A stretch of 64,000 nt of DNA from the human T2T-CHM13v2.0 reference genome, Homo sapiens. The notes beneath the pieces are model-generated. The model was not told the origin of the DNA. It saw nothing but the letters and a program-made list of their open reading frames with translations, and ran no database searches. Below are positions 1 to 12,690 of this stretch, in pieces. The DNA lies in the NCBI RefSeq assembly GCF_009914755.1, contig NC_060947.1. One strand, written 5' to 3'. Position numbers and translations under genes: made by a program. Numbering within the stretch: the stretch's first letter is position 1; each line of letters opens with the position of its first letter.

Positions 1-65
1 GAGGACCAATAGCTATGCAGAGACAGCATGGACTTCACCAGCATCTCCCACTTAATGCCCTTTGA

Positions 66-430
<365 letters not shown>

Positions 431-454
431 AGATAAAGGTGACTTCTAATCCCA

Positions 455-575
455 GATCACACCTGTAATCCCAGCACTTTGGAAGGCCAAGGCAGGATGA
501 TTGCTTGAGCACAGGAGTTCAAGACCAGCCTGGCAACACAGTGAGACCCCATTTCTACAAAAAACAAAATTTAAA
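455..575 (+). mobile_element. Alu monomer (FLAM-like)
   Basis: Left-arm consensus followed by A-rich tail. Confidence 0.8.
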
Positions 576-1650
576 AATGTGTGTGTATATATATCTCAGG
601 ACTCTGTCTTTGACCTAAAACCAAGCAGCCATGAAAGACAAATCATGTAACTACATAAAAGTAAAAATGTCTGCATAGCAAAAAGACATGCCAAATTGGA
701 AAAAAATTGCAGCTGATATTACAAAGGGCTAATTACCCTAATATAGACTTCCTATAAATCAAAGGTCAATAACTCAGCAGAAAAATGAGCTAAGGGTATG
801 ACCAGATAATTCTCAGAAAAGGCAATACAAATTGCTCTTCATATGAAAAAGTACCTGATCATCTCTTTTAGTAAAAAAGAAATATGAGATACTATTTTTC
901 CCTCCAGTAGACTGGCAAAAAAAGAAAATTTTGACAACATGCTGCAGGCAAAGAGAAACAAGCAGTCTCACAGGTGGTTGGTGGTCCCTGTCCAAATTCT
1001 AAGTGTGTGTGCTCTTGGACCCAGTGATCCTACTTGGAGTTTTTCCTACAGATATATTTGCACACATGTGCTATATGCACAGGGCTATTGACTGCAGTAT
1101 TACACATGCATGCAGCAGAAGACCAAGCAGCTATAGAGAAAAAGAGTTCCTCACACCCTGATAGGGAAAGGTGTCCATTGTTCAATGCAAAAGCACAGTG
1201 CAGCAAAGTGCATGGGTAGGGCTGGGCAGAGGAGCAGGGTAGGCTTTTTGATATATTCCTGGCCTCTCTGTCTTTCCCCACAGCCATACTGCACCCCAGG
1301 GCGGGTTCAGTGCCACCTCTGTCCATCACAGCTTCCCCTGCCAGAGCCTGCATCCCACCAGTATCAGGATCTGCTCAACTGTCCATCTCTGCCCCTGGAA
1401 CTGTGTGCCTCCAGGACGATGACTGGGTCTGGTTTGTTTTGTCCCTGTTAGCTAGCATGGGCACTGGCCTAGCTAGTGGCTTAGGAGCTGGAACGAATGT
1501 GCATACCCTTTGGCTTCTTGGCCCTGGAGGAAGAAGCCCAGCTGGAGCTGTGACCTCCAGCCAGCACTCTGGCCAATGACCTGGACTGAGGTCCCAGTAT
1601 GGGCAGGCCCGGAGAAAGTGAACTACCCATCGCGCACAACCTCTCCTCAC

Positions 1651-1725
1651 CTGAGTGCCCTGGTCAGTAGGTGCAATGAACACAATGAAAGGCGAAAGTT
1701 CTGCTGTCCGAACAATTTTCAGGGT
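1651..1725 (-). CDS. MPP1: MPP1 exon 11 ([25 protein letters not shown]); terminal exon lies outside the window
   Basis: 75 nt; long poly-T/pyrimidine tract then ctag|; CAG|gtgag donor. Confidence 0.96.
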
Positions 1726-2010
1726 CTAGAAAAAAAAAAGAAGGGCGGCGGGGAGGGGGGGAAGGAAGAAAAGGAAAGTGAAAAAAAAAAACCTACATAG
1801 CTGTCATAATGGATTCCTTCTAATAAGCAGCTTTGAGCTTTACCCCAATACAACTTTCCATCATTCCCAGTACTACTGTTCTTGTTCCAGGCTGACCCCA
1901 TTAAAAGGCTGAAGCAATCCTGAGCCCCCAGAAGATTCCCAAGGAGCACTGTCTTCGCCATCCCTTGTGTGGCTGAGCCCATCTGTCCCTGCCCTTCCAT
2001 GCCTACCCAC

Positions 2011-2213
2011 CTGGGGCTCAATGTCAAGGATGGCAATCTTGTTCTGCTTATGGATCTGGTGCACTGTTTCAAATTTGGTGCCAAACATGTTGCCTTGGTA
2101 GCTGCCAAACTCCAAGAACTCATTGGCAGAGATGTTCCTCGTCATCTCCTCCGTTGAGATAAAGTGGTACTCCTTCCCATCTTCCTCACTCTTCCTTGGC
2201 GGCCGTGTTGTAT
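2011..2213 (-). CDS. MPP1: MPP1 exon 10 ([20 protein letters not shown]...ILDIEPQ)
   Basis: 203 nt; guanylate-kinase signature TTR..R..E.DG..Y.F; AG/GT bounded. Confidence 0.97.
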
Positions 2214-3059
2214 CTGTGTACAAGAACCCAAATCCCCGACAAACTCCAGGTCCTCACCCTTTCATGAGGGCTTGGACCATGGTGTCTGTATGGAAACCCT
2301 AGCTGCCTTTGGTGCATTGACTTTAATACAGGGGTTCCTCCCGTGGGCTCCTGAAGAGCTGATGCTAGAAAGTGATGCACACCAGGAAATCCCTCCATCT
2401 GCCCAGGACACATTTAATTTTTAAGGGGCAAAGCCTAACATAGAAAATTCCTATTATCATTTTCCCTAAATGAAGTTACATCTCTCAAACTACCAAATCT
2501 AGGAATATTGAAACTTAGAAATGAAGATAGCGGAAAATATTTTAAAAACAGATCTACAGACTATGGTCAGGATTTCTTGGAAATATATTTAAGGTTTCCT
2601 TTTCATGACTTGGAAAGAAGAGTACTTTGGTTTAGTTTCAGCTCATGTTGTTAAAAGTTGGACTATTTTCTATTACTCATATAAATTGTCTAATCAGTAA
2701 AATATGCTCCAGATATTGTAGCTTGAAACACAATCCTCCCAACCTCCCCTCTTTCCATCTTCCATTGACTGTCTCCTTTGCCTTCCGGATCACACTTGTC
2801 TCTCAACTGGCCCCTTCCCCTCAATCTACAACCACATGTGATTCTCTTGAAGGAGGAGCCTGTACTGGTTATTTCTGCTTCCCCACTCACTCCTGGGGCC
2901 ATCTCTTTCTGCTCCTAATGTGACACTGGAATAACTCTTATGTCCCTCCAGCAACGAGACAACTCTCAATGATCCATGTGTAAAAAAGCAAAATGAAGAA
3001 AGAATTAAAAAATAGTAATATGAGGTTTAGAATCTGGTTTTCTATTTTGCTTAGCAGTA

Positions 3060-3275
3060 CAGTAATTCCTCACTTAATATTATTATCAGTAGGTTCTTAG
3101 AAAATGTGACTTTAAGTGAAATCACATGCAGCTGGTCGTTGACTAACATGGTTTAGTTCAACTTCATTTCATTGTATTGTTGATGAGTAAAAAAACTGGT
3201 TCTTGTTATATGTCATTTCACTTAAAGTCACAGTCTTCGAAGAGCCTATTGACAATATTAAGTGAGGAATCACCG
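3060..3275. mobile_element. Tigger/mariner-type MITE (palindromic)
   Basis: ~65-bp inverted arms (CAGTAATTCCTCACTTAATATT / AATATTAAGTGAGGAATCACCG), TA on both flanks. Confidence 0.75.
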
Positions 3276-3837
3276 TATTTCTTTCTGGGAACATACACAA
3301 CTATACCATGCAGCATCACTTCTGGGAATGGAAGAGTTATCAAATTCTCCACCTGATCACTGGCGCTACTCTTCTCCATATCTAGGACTGCTGTTGAGAT
3401 CGTTTGGGCCTTTCCTAGGCACTGCTTTGATTTAGAAGACATTCCATGAAAATGAGAGGCAGCCTGAACATCAAGAGTGGGATAGTTCTCAAAGAGAATT
3501 AGGCAAATTGCAGAGGAACATGAGAAAATGTTTAAAAAGTAAAATGACAAAGTTATATGTATAAACTTTAATACTTAGTAATTTTTAAGGCAGTATCAAA
3601 ATGTTTACTATAGCTTCTGTTATGTAGACAAACAGCACGAATAACAATAAGAAAACAGTTATTCTGTTAGGTGGAGGAATTGTGGGCACAAATTTTTATC
3701 TTTCCATATTTTGTTTAGTTTTAATAATCATTTAAAATAAAATAATTTAAAAAATAATAAAATAACACTATGGTATTTCAGATGGCGAGTGGTACCAGCC
3801 TGTCACCTCCCCTCCAAGGTGCCTAAGAGCTACTTAC

Positions 3838-3918
3838 ATGGGACAGGGTACACAAACTTCTCCGGATTCTGGCTGAGCAGGGCATTCTTAATGTGGCTGC
3901 GACCCACCCCACTGGCTC
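3838..3918 (-). CDS. MPP1: MPP1 exon 9 (GUK P-loop-like [26 protein letters not shown])
   Basis: 81 nt; cacag| acceptor, |gtaagt donor. Confidence 0.96.
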
Positions 3919-4438
3919 CTGTGTAGAGAGAGAAGAACATCTTTTGGAAAGGGGGGAGAGGAGCGAGGATAAGATACGGATTTTCCTCTCTCGGCACTCA
4001 AAACTGCCAACAGGTGAACATGAGTTGGGGTTGCATCTGGGCTGGGGTCAACTCTAAAGACAGGAAGGTGAGCAGTCCGCCAGAGGCAAAGCCTACATAC
4101 CTGGGTTTGAAGCAAGGACTTACTCTGTTTCAGGTCAGAGTCACTGCTTGGGGGAAGGGAGATTTACAAAGCGTATCACTGCCAGCAGACAGCATGAAAC
4201 CTAACCAAAAATAATTCGTTGCTAAATAGTAGAGAAACTTGTAAGGTTTAGTTTCATTTGTGAGGTGGACCCAGGTGGGGTGCACGTGAGGATTCAGAAA
4301 ATTCCTTACACCTGCTCTATATGGAGAACCCAAGAGACCTCAGTTCTTTTCTTCCTCACTGCCTTTTTTGGGGGTGGGCACGTGATGCAGGCAGGAAAAC
4401 AAAGACAGAAATGTGCAAATGGGGCAATGAGAAGATAC

Positions 4439-4519
4439 CGATCAGCACCAGGGTCTTCCTCTTGAATGCAGGGAGCCGAACGACTTCCTCGTAGGAAACA
4501 ACATCCAACTGATCAAAAA
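4439..4519 (-). CDS. MPP1: MPP1 exon 8 ([27 protein letters not shown])
   Basis: 81 nt; MAGUK SYEEV motif; AG/GT bounded. Confidence 0.96.
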
Positions 4520-5461
4520 CTAGAGACAAAGAAAACCAAGCAGTGTTCATTTCCAGAGCTAGGGAGAACAGTGGTCCACACTCTGAAATGGGAAACAGCC
4601 TCGCGACATCTCAACAAGCAGGGAGGAAGTGACTAGAGATGAGACGAGGGAGGTTGGTGTGGAGGAAGGACTTTGGACTGTATTTTTAGTGTGGTGAGGG
4701 AATTTTGAGCAAGGGAGTTTATCTAACTTTTGCACCCTCTCTTCCTCCTTGCCCTATCTCTCTGAGCCAACTTTTCTTGTCTCCTGTCCTCATCTCTTCT
4801 CCATAGTTTCAGTATCAGATGTTCCCTTGGCACTTAGAGCTGAAGAATGCCAATGCTATCTCGGTTCTGCCTGAATGTCCCTTATCTTAGAAGATGGTGG
4901 TGCTATTGACCCAGCTGCTCAAGATAGAGACCTGGTGTCATCCTGACTCTCCACCCCCTTACCTGCCTACAACCCAAGACTGCCACGATCATTCCCTGGC
5001 TGGTGGTGTGCACGTGACGTCTCAGAAAAGAGAAATGCAGATGGAAAGCTGACCGTGCGAATTCTCTGCTCAAAACCCTTCACCAGCTCCACAGTCTATA
5101 GTGCAAAATTTAAAACGCTAGGGAGGGTGCACGAAGCTCCCTATGACCTGGCCCTGGCCTCTCCCTCTGGCCTGTGTTCTTGCCTCACTTCCCCTCTCCC
5201 ACCACATCTACTTCTGTGTGAGGGGTGGGGTGATGAGCAGGTGTGGGCTCACCACTAGTCCTCCTTTACATCCACTGGCCTGACTGCAGCAAGCTTGTGA
5301 AGATGGATTCAATAAAAAGAAACCAGAAGAAATGACATGCTTTCTGTAGAATGCGCCTTCTGCTGCGCACTGCACCACCTCCCCTTTTCTGCTGGTTACA
5401 GAGACTGGGAAACACGTGAATGCTGCCAGGAACCTGGGGCAAGAAGGCTCAGAAAGCTTAC

Positions 5462-5568
5462 TCGAGCTGTGCTTGGCCAGATATTTGTCTTTGTACTTCT
5501 TCTTCTTCCCAAAGGGACTGCAGCTCGGGGCTTCGCTAGGAGCTGACTGAGCCATACTTGCCACTCGC
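5462..5568 (-). CDS. MPP1: MPP1 exon 7 (HOOK/protein 4.1-binding region, RVASMAQ...[15 protein letters not shown])
   Basis: 107 nt; ccag| acceptor, |gtaagc donor; lysine-rich HOOK motif. Confidence 0.96.
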
Positions 5569-6615
5569 CTGGTAGGAAAAGACAATCAAGGGGTCAGCTT
5601 TCCTCCCCCTCCCCTCATACCCCCCCCCAGCCACTCAGTCTCTAATGGCACCCCCTTCACTCTCTGAGTGTCCATTACAGTGGGAGATAATGTGTGCAAA
5701 GCACCCCATACACTGTTTGGTGCATCTTGCACTGTGCCCTGCCCTCAGTCAGGGACCTGGCTCCTTGAGTCTGTGTCATCTAGTACCTGTCAGCACATTC
5801 TGGACACAACCCACAAACAACTCTCTTTCTTTGGTCTAGACCATAAAGGTCTCAAACCTTTATGACCCTACCTCACTCTAAGAAATACACTGTACATTGC
5901 AAGCCATTATTGCACATACATCTATAAACAAAACACATACACACACCCCACATATATATCTAAAACAACTGCTTCACAAAACAATAACTTGTATTACTAC
6001 ATGTAATATATTCTAATATTTCTATTCAGTGTCAACCCCACAATGGTTGTAATCTTTACACTGGGGTAAGTTTGCACAGGCAGAGGGAGGCTCAGTGTTG
6101 GATGTCTTATCAGTTGGAACTGTTTTGTGAATTTTTCTGCCATTCCTATGATGTAACCAGGACTAAGTGAGCAATCTGACTCGGGGACAGGAATTATTTC
6201 TTCCATGTACCAGGAATGTGCCTAAAGGACACATACTTAAATGCGACTGTTTTCTGCAGGACTCCAAGGAAATCCCAGAAACAGCATGGCTGGTAGAAGC
6301 GCACTAGCTTGGGAAACAGGAGACCAGGGAGGGCTCAGTCCCAGCACTGTCACGTGCTTGGTAACTATGGGGAAAACGTTTAAGGAAGCAAGAGGCCCAC
6401 ATAAGAATGAAGAGCTATTTGGGCTCCCTTGCCTGTGGTTGCCTCTCAGTCCAGCTTATCAACGCATGGTTAACCCTCCCCCACCCATTATGCCAGGAAA
6501 TCTAGGAGGTCTCCTTGGTTGAGAAACAGAAACTACAAACAAAATGACAGATTTTCTGAAGCTAAGTTATTTGTGGCAGGCACATGGCCCTTCCACCTGC
6601 ACAAAAATGGCTCAC

Positions 6616-6812
6616 CATTCCTGCAGCTCAGGGGAAGGGATCAATCCTGCTGACTCCTTGGAGGAGCCTTCCACCCGTCCCTGCCACCAATTGCTGTCAT
6701 CCTTGTTGATAATCTGGATAATGTCCCCAGTAGCAAACTTCAGTCCCGCCTCCTTGCAAGGGATCAGATTGTCCTTTTTGGGATCATAGTCAAACTGCGC
6801 TCTCATGAACAT
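6616..6812 (-). CDS. MPP1: MPP1 exon 6 (SH3 domain, [14 protein letters not shown]...SPELQEW)
   Basis: 197 nt; SH3 motifs AQFDY, WWQG, GLIPS; AG/GT bounded; matches ORF 6612..6812. Confidence 0.97.
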
Positions 6813-7009
6813 CTAAAAAGAAGGTAAAAGGAACTGCAGGCGGCAGCTTCAAAAGAAACACCAGCATCAGAGCATGTCCTGCTGTAGACAAATGGGGTCA
6901 GGATGGAATGAACAACAGGGAGGTAAGAATGGTGGGGGAGCACCCAAGAAAGAGAAATTGAAACGCTGAAGTGATTGTGTTTGCGGAGGGGTCAGAATGA
7001 ATCCCTTTA

Positions 7010-7414
<405 letters not shown>

Positions 7415-7511
7415 CTACTCTTTGAACAACTGTTTTCACAATTGAAAATATGGACACTCATATCTATCAAAGAACTTGAATTTATTATTGAAAATTCTCC
7501 TCTCCTGCTCC

Positions 7512-7513
<2 letters not shown>

Positions 7514-7552
<39 letters not shown>
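7514..7552. repeat. (CA)n microsatellite, ~19 units
   Basis: Directly visible. Confidence 0.97.
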
Positions 7553-7555
<3 letters not shown>

Positions 7556-7559
7556 CCTC

Positions 7560-9580
7560 ATTACTTCATTGACAAATTTTCCAAGCATCATTTGAAGAAA
7601 GAAGGCTAATCTCATACGAAAACAGATTATAGAAAATGATGGCACTTCCCAACTCATTATAAGCATGATACCCAAATCTGACAAGAATCTTATAATTTCT
7701 CTCTGCAACAGAGATGTAAAAACCCCAAACAAAATATCAGCAAGTCAAATTTAGTTATGTATAAAAAGTATAATAAATCACAACCAAACAGGATCTAGTT
7801 CAGCAATATAAGAAGGTTTACTACCTGAAGGGCAATAAATTCACCACGTTAACATAAAAATGGAAAAAGATCATATGATCCCCTCAATAGATGCAGAAAA
7901 AGCCTGTGATAACATTCAAAACCCATTCAAGATTAAAATTCTTAGCAAACTTGGAATAGAAGGGAGGTTCTTTACTGTGAGAAAGAATACCTACAGAAAC
8001 CCTACATCCAACGTCATACTTCTCAGTGAAAGATTAAAAGCTTTCCCTGCCTTTTTCAAAGGACATGGGTCTTGCTATGTTACCCAGGTTGGTCTCGAAC
8101 TCCTGGGCTCAAGCAATCCACCCGCCTCGGCCTCCCAAAGTGCTAGGATTACAGGCGCATGCCACCACACCTGGCCAGCTTTCCCTTTAAGATGGAAAAA
8201 TAAACAAAGATGTCTGCTATCATCACTTCCACTGGGATACTGTGAAGATGCCTCTTTTATCCAAACTGATATGTAGGTTTGACACAGGGATAAACAAACA
8301 GTCCAAAAGAAAAGAATAAAAAGTTCCAAAATAGACCTGTAAATATTACCATGACAAAAGTGACAGTGTACAGTAAATGATACTGGTTCAATTGGTATCC
8401 ATATGGAAAAACTGGAATCTTGACCTCTTACCTTACAATGTATATAACAATCAATCCCAGATGGGTTGTGGATCCAAATGTGAAAAATCAAACAAGTAAG
8501 CATTTAGAAGAAAACACAGGAGAATATCTTGTTGACCTTGTGGTAAGTAAAAACTTTTAAAACAAGACATAAAAAGTGCTAATCAGAAAAAAGTGGTAGA
8601 TTGGATTTCATTAAAATTAAGAGTTTCTAGTCATTAACAGGAACCATGAAGAAAATAAGCCACAGAAGAAGAGAACATACTTGGGATGCATATGACAAAG
8701 GACTCTTATCCAGAATATATGAGGAACTGCTACAAATCAGTAAGAAAAGCCTTGAATTGGTATCTTACAAAAGAGGATATCCAAGTGGAAAAAAACATAT
8801 AAAAAGGAGTTTACCCTCATTAGTCATTAGAGAATTTTTAGAATCACAATGTGATACCACCATCAGGATGGCCAAAGGGTGAAAAAAAACCCAACAAATC
8901 AGACAATGCTAAGTATTGGTGAGAATACAGAACAACCAGAACTGTCATACTGTGCAGTTGGGGATGTAACATGGTTCACCAACTTTGGAATACTATTTGG
9001 CAATATCACCTAAAGATGAAGACACATATATCCTACAACCTGGCAATTCTACTCTCAAAAGAAAGGCATAGATGTATCCACAAAACACATGCACAAAAAT
9101 CATATGATTTTTCTCCATTTTTCTGTTAACGTGGTGAATTTATTGCCCTTCAGGCAGTAAATCTTCTCGTATTGCTGAATTAGATCCTGTTTGGTGAATG
9201 GCAGCCATTCAATGTAAGACCAAAAAAGCTGACAGAATAGATTAAATTGTAGCATGTTCATACAATGAATGAATGAGAATGAAGCAATATAGATGATTCC
9301 CATAAACATAATACTGAGCGAATAAAATAAGACACCAAAGAATTCATACTGTATAATTCAACGTTAATACATTTCAAAAGGGGGCAAAACTCATCCCTGC
9401 TGTTAGAAGTCAGGGTTATGGTGGGCCTTGAGGAAACACGCATGGTGAGGGGGCGGCGGTCTTAGGCATGGGTGTACTCAGTTTGTGAAAATTCATCCAG
9501 TTTTATACTTGTGATTTGTGCCCTTTGTTGAATATATGCCCATATATGCCAAAACTGCAATTTAAAAGTTTACTTAAGAA
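7560..9580 (+). mobile_element. Old L1M ORF2/3'UTR remnant, interrupted by a minus-strand Alu monomer (~8055-8178)
   Basis: Degenerate ORF2 peptide (HMIPSIDAEKACDNIQNPF ~ ISIDAEKAFDKIQHPF). Confidence 0.8.
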
Positions 9581-10358
9581 AATTATACCGTCACACTACA
9601 AGTAACCTGCAATAGAAACTTCAGATTTATTCTTTTAAATATCTCCTTCTTCCACATTGACTTGCCATGGCCCTGTCCAATCTATTCCTCTACTGGCTGA
9701 TGAGCTATGTGTGAACTGGGAACCATTTCTCTTTATATCACCTCCATGTTCTAGCACAGTACTTTGTACATGGTAGACCCTCAATAAATTGTGAATAAGT
9801 GCTCAACAGATTCTATCTATCTTTTGTTTCTTTCTTTACTTTGCCACTATCAATCACGGGGCTTTATTATTGCTATTTTAAAAAGTATTTGCCAATTTGC
9901 TTGGTGAAAACTGGTGTCTCATGCATATTTTAATTTGCATTTCTTTGATGATCGGTAAGATAAAATATTTTTTCATATGTTCAATGCTCATTTGTAGTTT
10001 TCCTCCTGTGAATGATCTCTTCATTCCCTTTACCCATTTTCCTCTTGGAGCTGTATTGATTCCTTACCATCTGTAGAATAAAATTACCCTCTCCCTTCCT
10101 ACCTGACCACTAGCAGCAAAGGCTCATTCATTCTCTACTCCTGTCGTCACTATGTTCTCCATTGAGGAAAGGGGAATGAGCTCCTGTATTTTATACCAGG
10201 CAGGGAATAATGGGACCCTGAGCCAAGCAGCTACACACTTGCGAGATACTTAGAACTTAAAGTTAGACTCACATCCCTTATAATCAAATTTCAAAGAATA
10301 TAAGACAACATGGCCCGACTCCTGCCATCATGACAACAGAGAAAATGGTGCCACCCAC

Positions 10359-10427
10359 CTGTAGTGCAGGAAGACGGCTTTGCTGGTTGGGAATTACTTT
10401 TAATGAGATCATTCCTTTGGTTTCTTT
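10359..10427 (-). CDS. MPP1: MPP1 exon 5 ([23 protein letters not shown], end of PDZ)
   Basis: 69 nt; tag| acceptor, CAG|gtgggt donor. Confidence 0.96.
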
Positions 10428-10635
10428 CTATTAAAAAAAATGGACATAAAATTGTACAGAAAACTAAGTTGAATGATGTGATCATTCATTCAAAGTCCCA
10501 GGTTTTTTTCCCCAACAACCATCTTTACATTTTGAGATTTTGTAGGACAATTCCTCCTTTAATACAAAAGTGTCATGTGCCCCATAAATCAGCATAACAA
10601 TATGAAGACATGCAAAGAGTAACAAAGAAAAGCTA

Positions 10636-11064
<429 letters not shown>

Positions 11065-11387
11065 TTACATACATTATGCATACATATGTATTGTTTGTTT
11101 TTAACAAAAATGGGATTCTACTATATACGTTATAGCTTGCTTTACTTCATTTGGCATTACTTCATGGAACACCAGATTGATGCTCTGGGTTATTTGCCCT
11201 GCTTTAGAATTTCACTAAATAAAGGCAGAAAATTATCATTTCTTACACAGATTAAAGACTAGCAGTGAAAAGAGCCCCCTCAAGAAGGTACAAATACTTT
11301 GACAGAGAGATGAGGTCACTGATACCAATGTGGATCAACACTTATGGAGACAATGGAAGGTCTTCATCTAGCATAGAAAATACCCAC

Positions 11388-11473
11388 CATCGCCTTCTGC
11401 AGCTGATCCACTGAATGATTTGTCACATTTGTGCCATTGATTTCTAGGATCTCATCCCCCACGTGAAGGGAGC
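11388..11473 (-). CDS. MPP1: MPP1 exon 4 ([31 protein letters not shown])
   Basis: 86 nt; AG/GT bounded; phase completes exon 3 (79+86=165). Confidence 0.96.
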
Positions 11474-12173
11474 CTGCCATGAAATGAAAAATCAATCCAC
11501 AAAAGAACAAAAGTTCAAACAGGAGCTGTCAATGTAACTCAAGATACCATAGAAGAGAAACCAGGATTTACAGCATGTTATGAAACAGATTGTGTCAAAT
11601 ACTCAGGATTGAAAACATTTGACTTGACAGTTTAAGATGGTCTCATCCTCCTTGGCCTCAGTAGTCCAACAGCACAATAAAACACCTTGTCCTCAAATTC
11701 CTGGAACTAGAGTGGCTACTGACTCCAGACTATGACACAGATGTATACACTAAAAAGAATAACAAAGCAAGGCAAAGAACTCAGTACTCCTCTTTCACCA
11801 GCAAGCTCCATGTTTCTTTGTTGTTTAGCTCAAACCCCAAAATGCTACCAAGTGGTACTGCTGTCCTTTCCAAGTCTAATGCAATGGGTGGCATGTGGCA
11901 ATTGCTCAAATATTAACTTACTAGAAAAATATTGGTATAAATAGGTGTGAAAGAAGGCTCAGATAGGGAGATGGTGGCACTGGGCAATTCACATAGAGAT
12001 CTTATCATGTACTGATTCTACAGAGCCAGTTATTAAGCCACAAAAAGTCTCTTGGCACACTCACAAAAATGCTACCAGTTTGGAGGATTATAAGCTTCAT
12101 GCCCCACACCACTGAACAGGGAGTAAATTATTAATCCCTGAATCAAACCCCACCCAGAGCTCCCACAGAGTAC

Positions 12174-12252
12174 CTTGTCTATGGATCATGCCACCATGAA
12201 GAATTCTGGCCACCGTACAGGACTGTTTTTCATTCAGCTTCAGAGTGATTCC
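12174..12252 (-). CDS. MPP1: MPP1 exon 3 ([30 protein letters not shown])
   Basis: 79 nt; tttcag| acceptor, AAG|gta donor; hand translation. Confidence 0.96.
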
Positions 12253-12546
12253 CTGAAATAAAGGCGACGGCACAATAAGCTTTATTTTAAGCTCTTTCTG
12301 AGGTTATTTTAGAAAGAACTTACGGTAATTTCTCAGGAAAATATTTTCCATTTATACCCAGGATAGTCCTCAACTAGAACAGGCATGAAGCCTGCTTTGA
12401 GGAGGAATTTGAGATAAGAATGAAAAGACAATTTTGGGGTTGGCCAATTCCCTAACTCCATGAGCAGCCTCTTGCATTGACTCTTCTGGCCCAGTGACTC
12501 ATGGGGCAGAGAGTAACTGGTGGGCGACAATATGACGGGGGATTAC

Positions 12547-12690
12547 CATGGGCTCTTCTGTGACCTTCTCAAACTGTATGAGTCGCACTTTCCGCACCTC
12601 CTGTCCCTTGACCTGGGCAGGGCTACCTGGGGCAGGAGACCCGTTGGTGTACATGTCCTCGGTCACAGTATTCAATGGATGCGATACAGC
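12547..12690 (-). CDS. MPP1: MPP1 exon 2 (AVSHPLNT...KVTEEPM, start of PDZ)
   Basis: 144 nt; ggcag| acceptor, ATG|gtaatc donor; in frame with exon 1. Confidence 0.97.
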
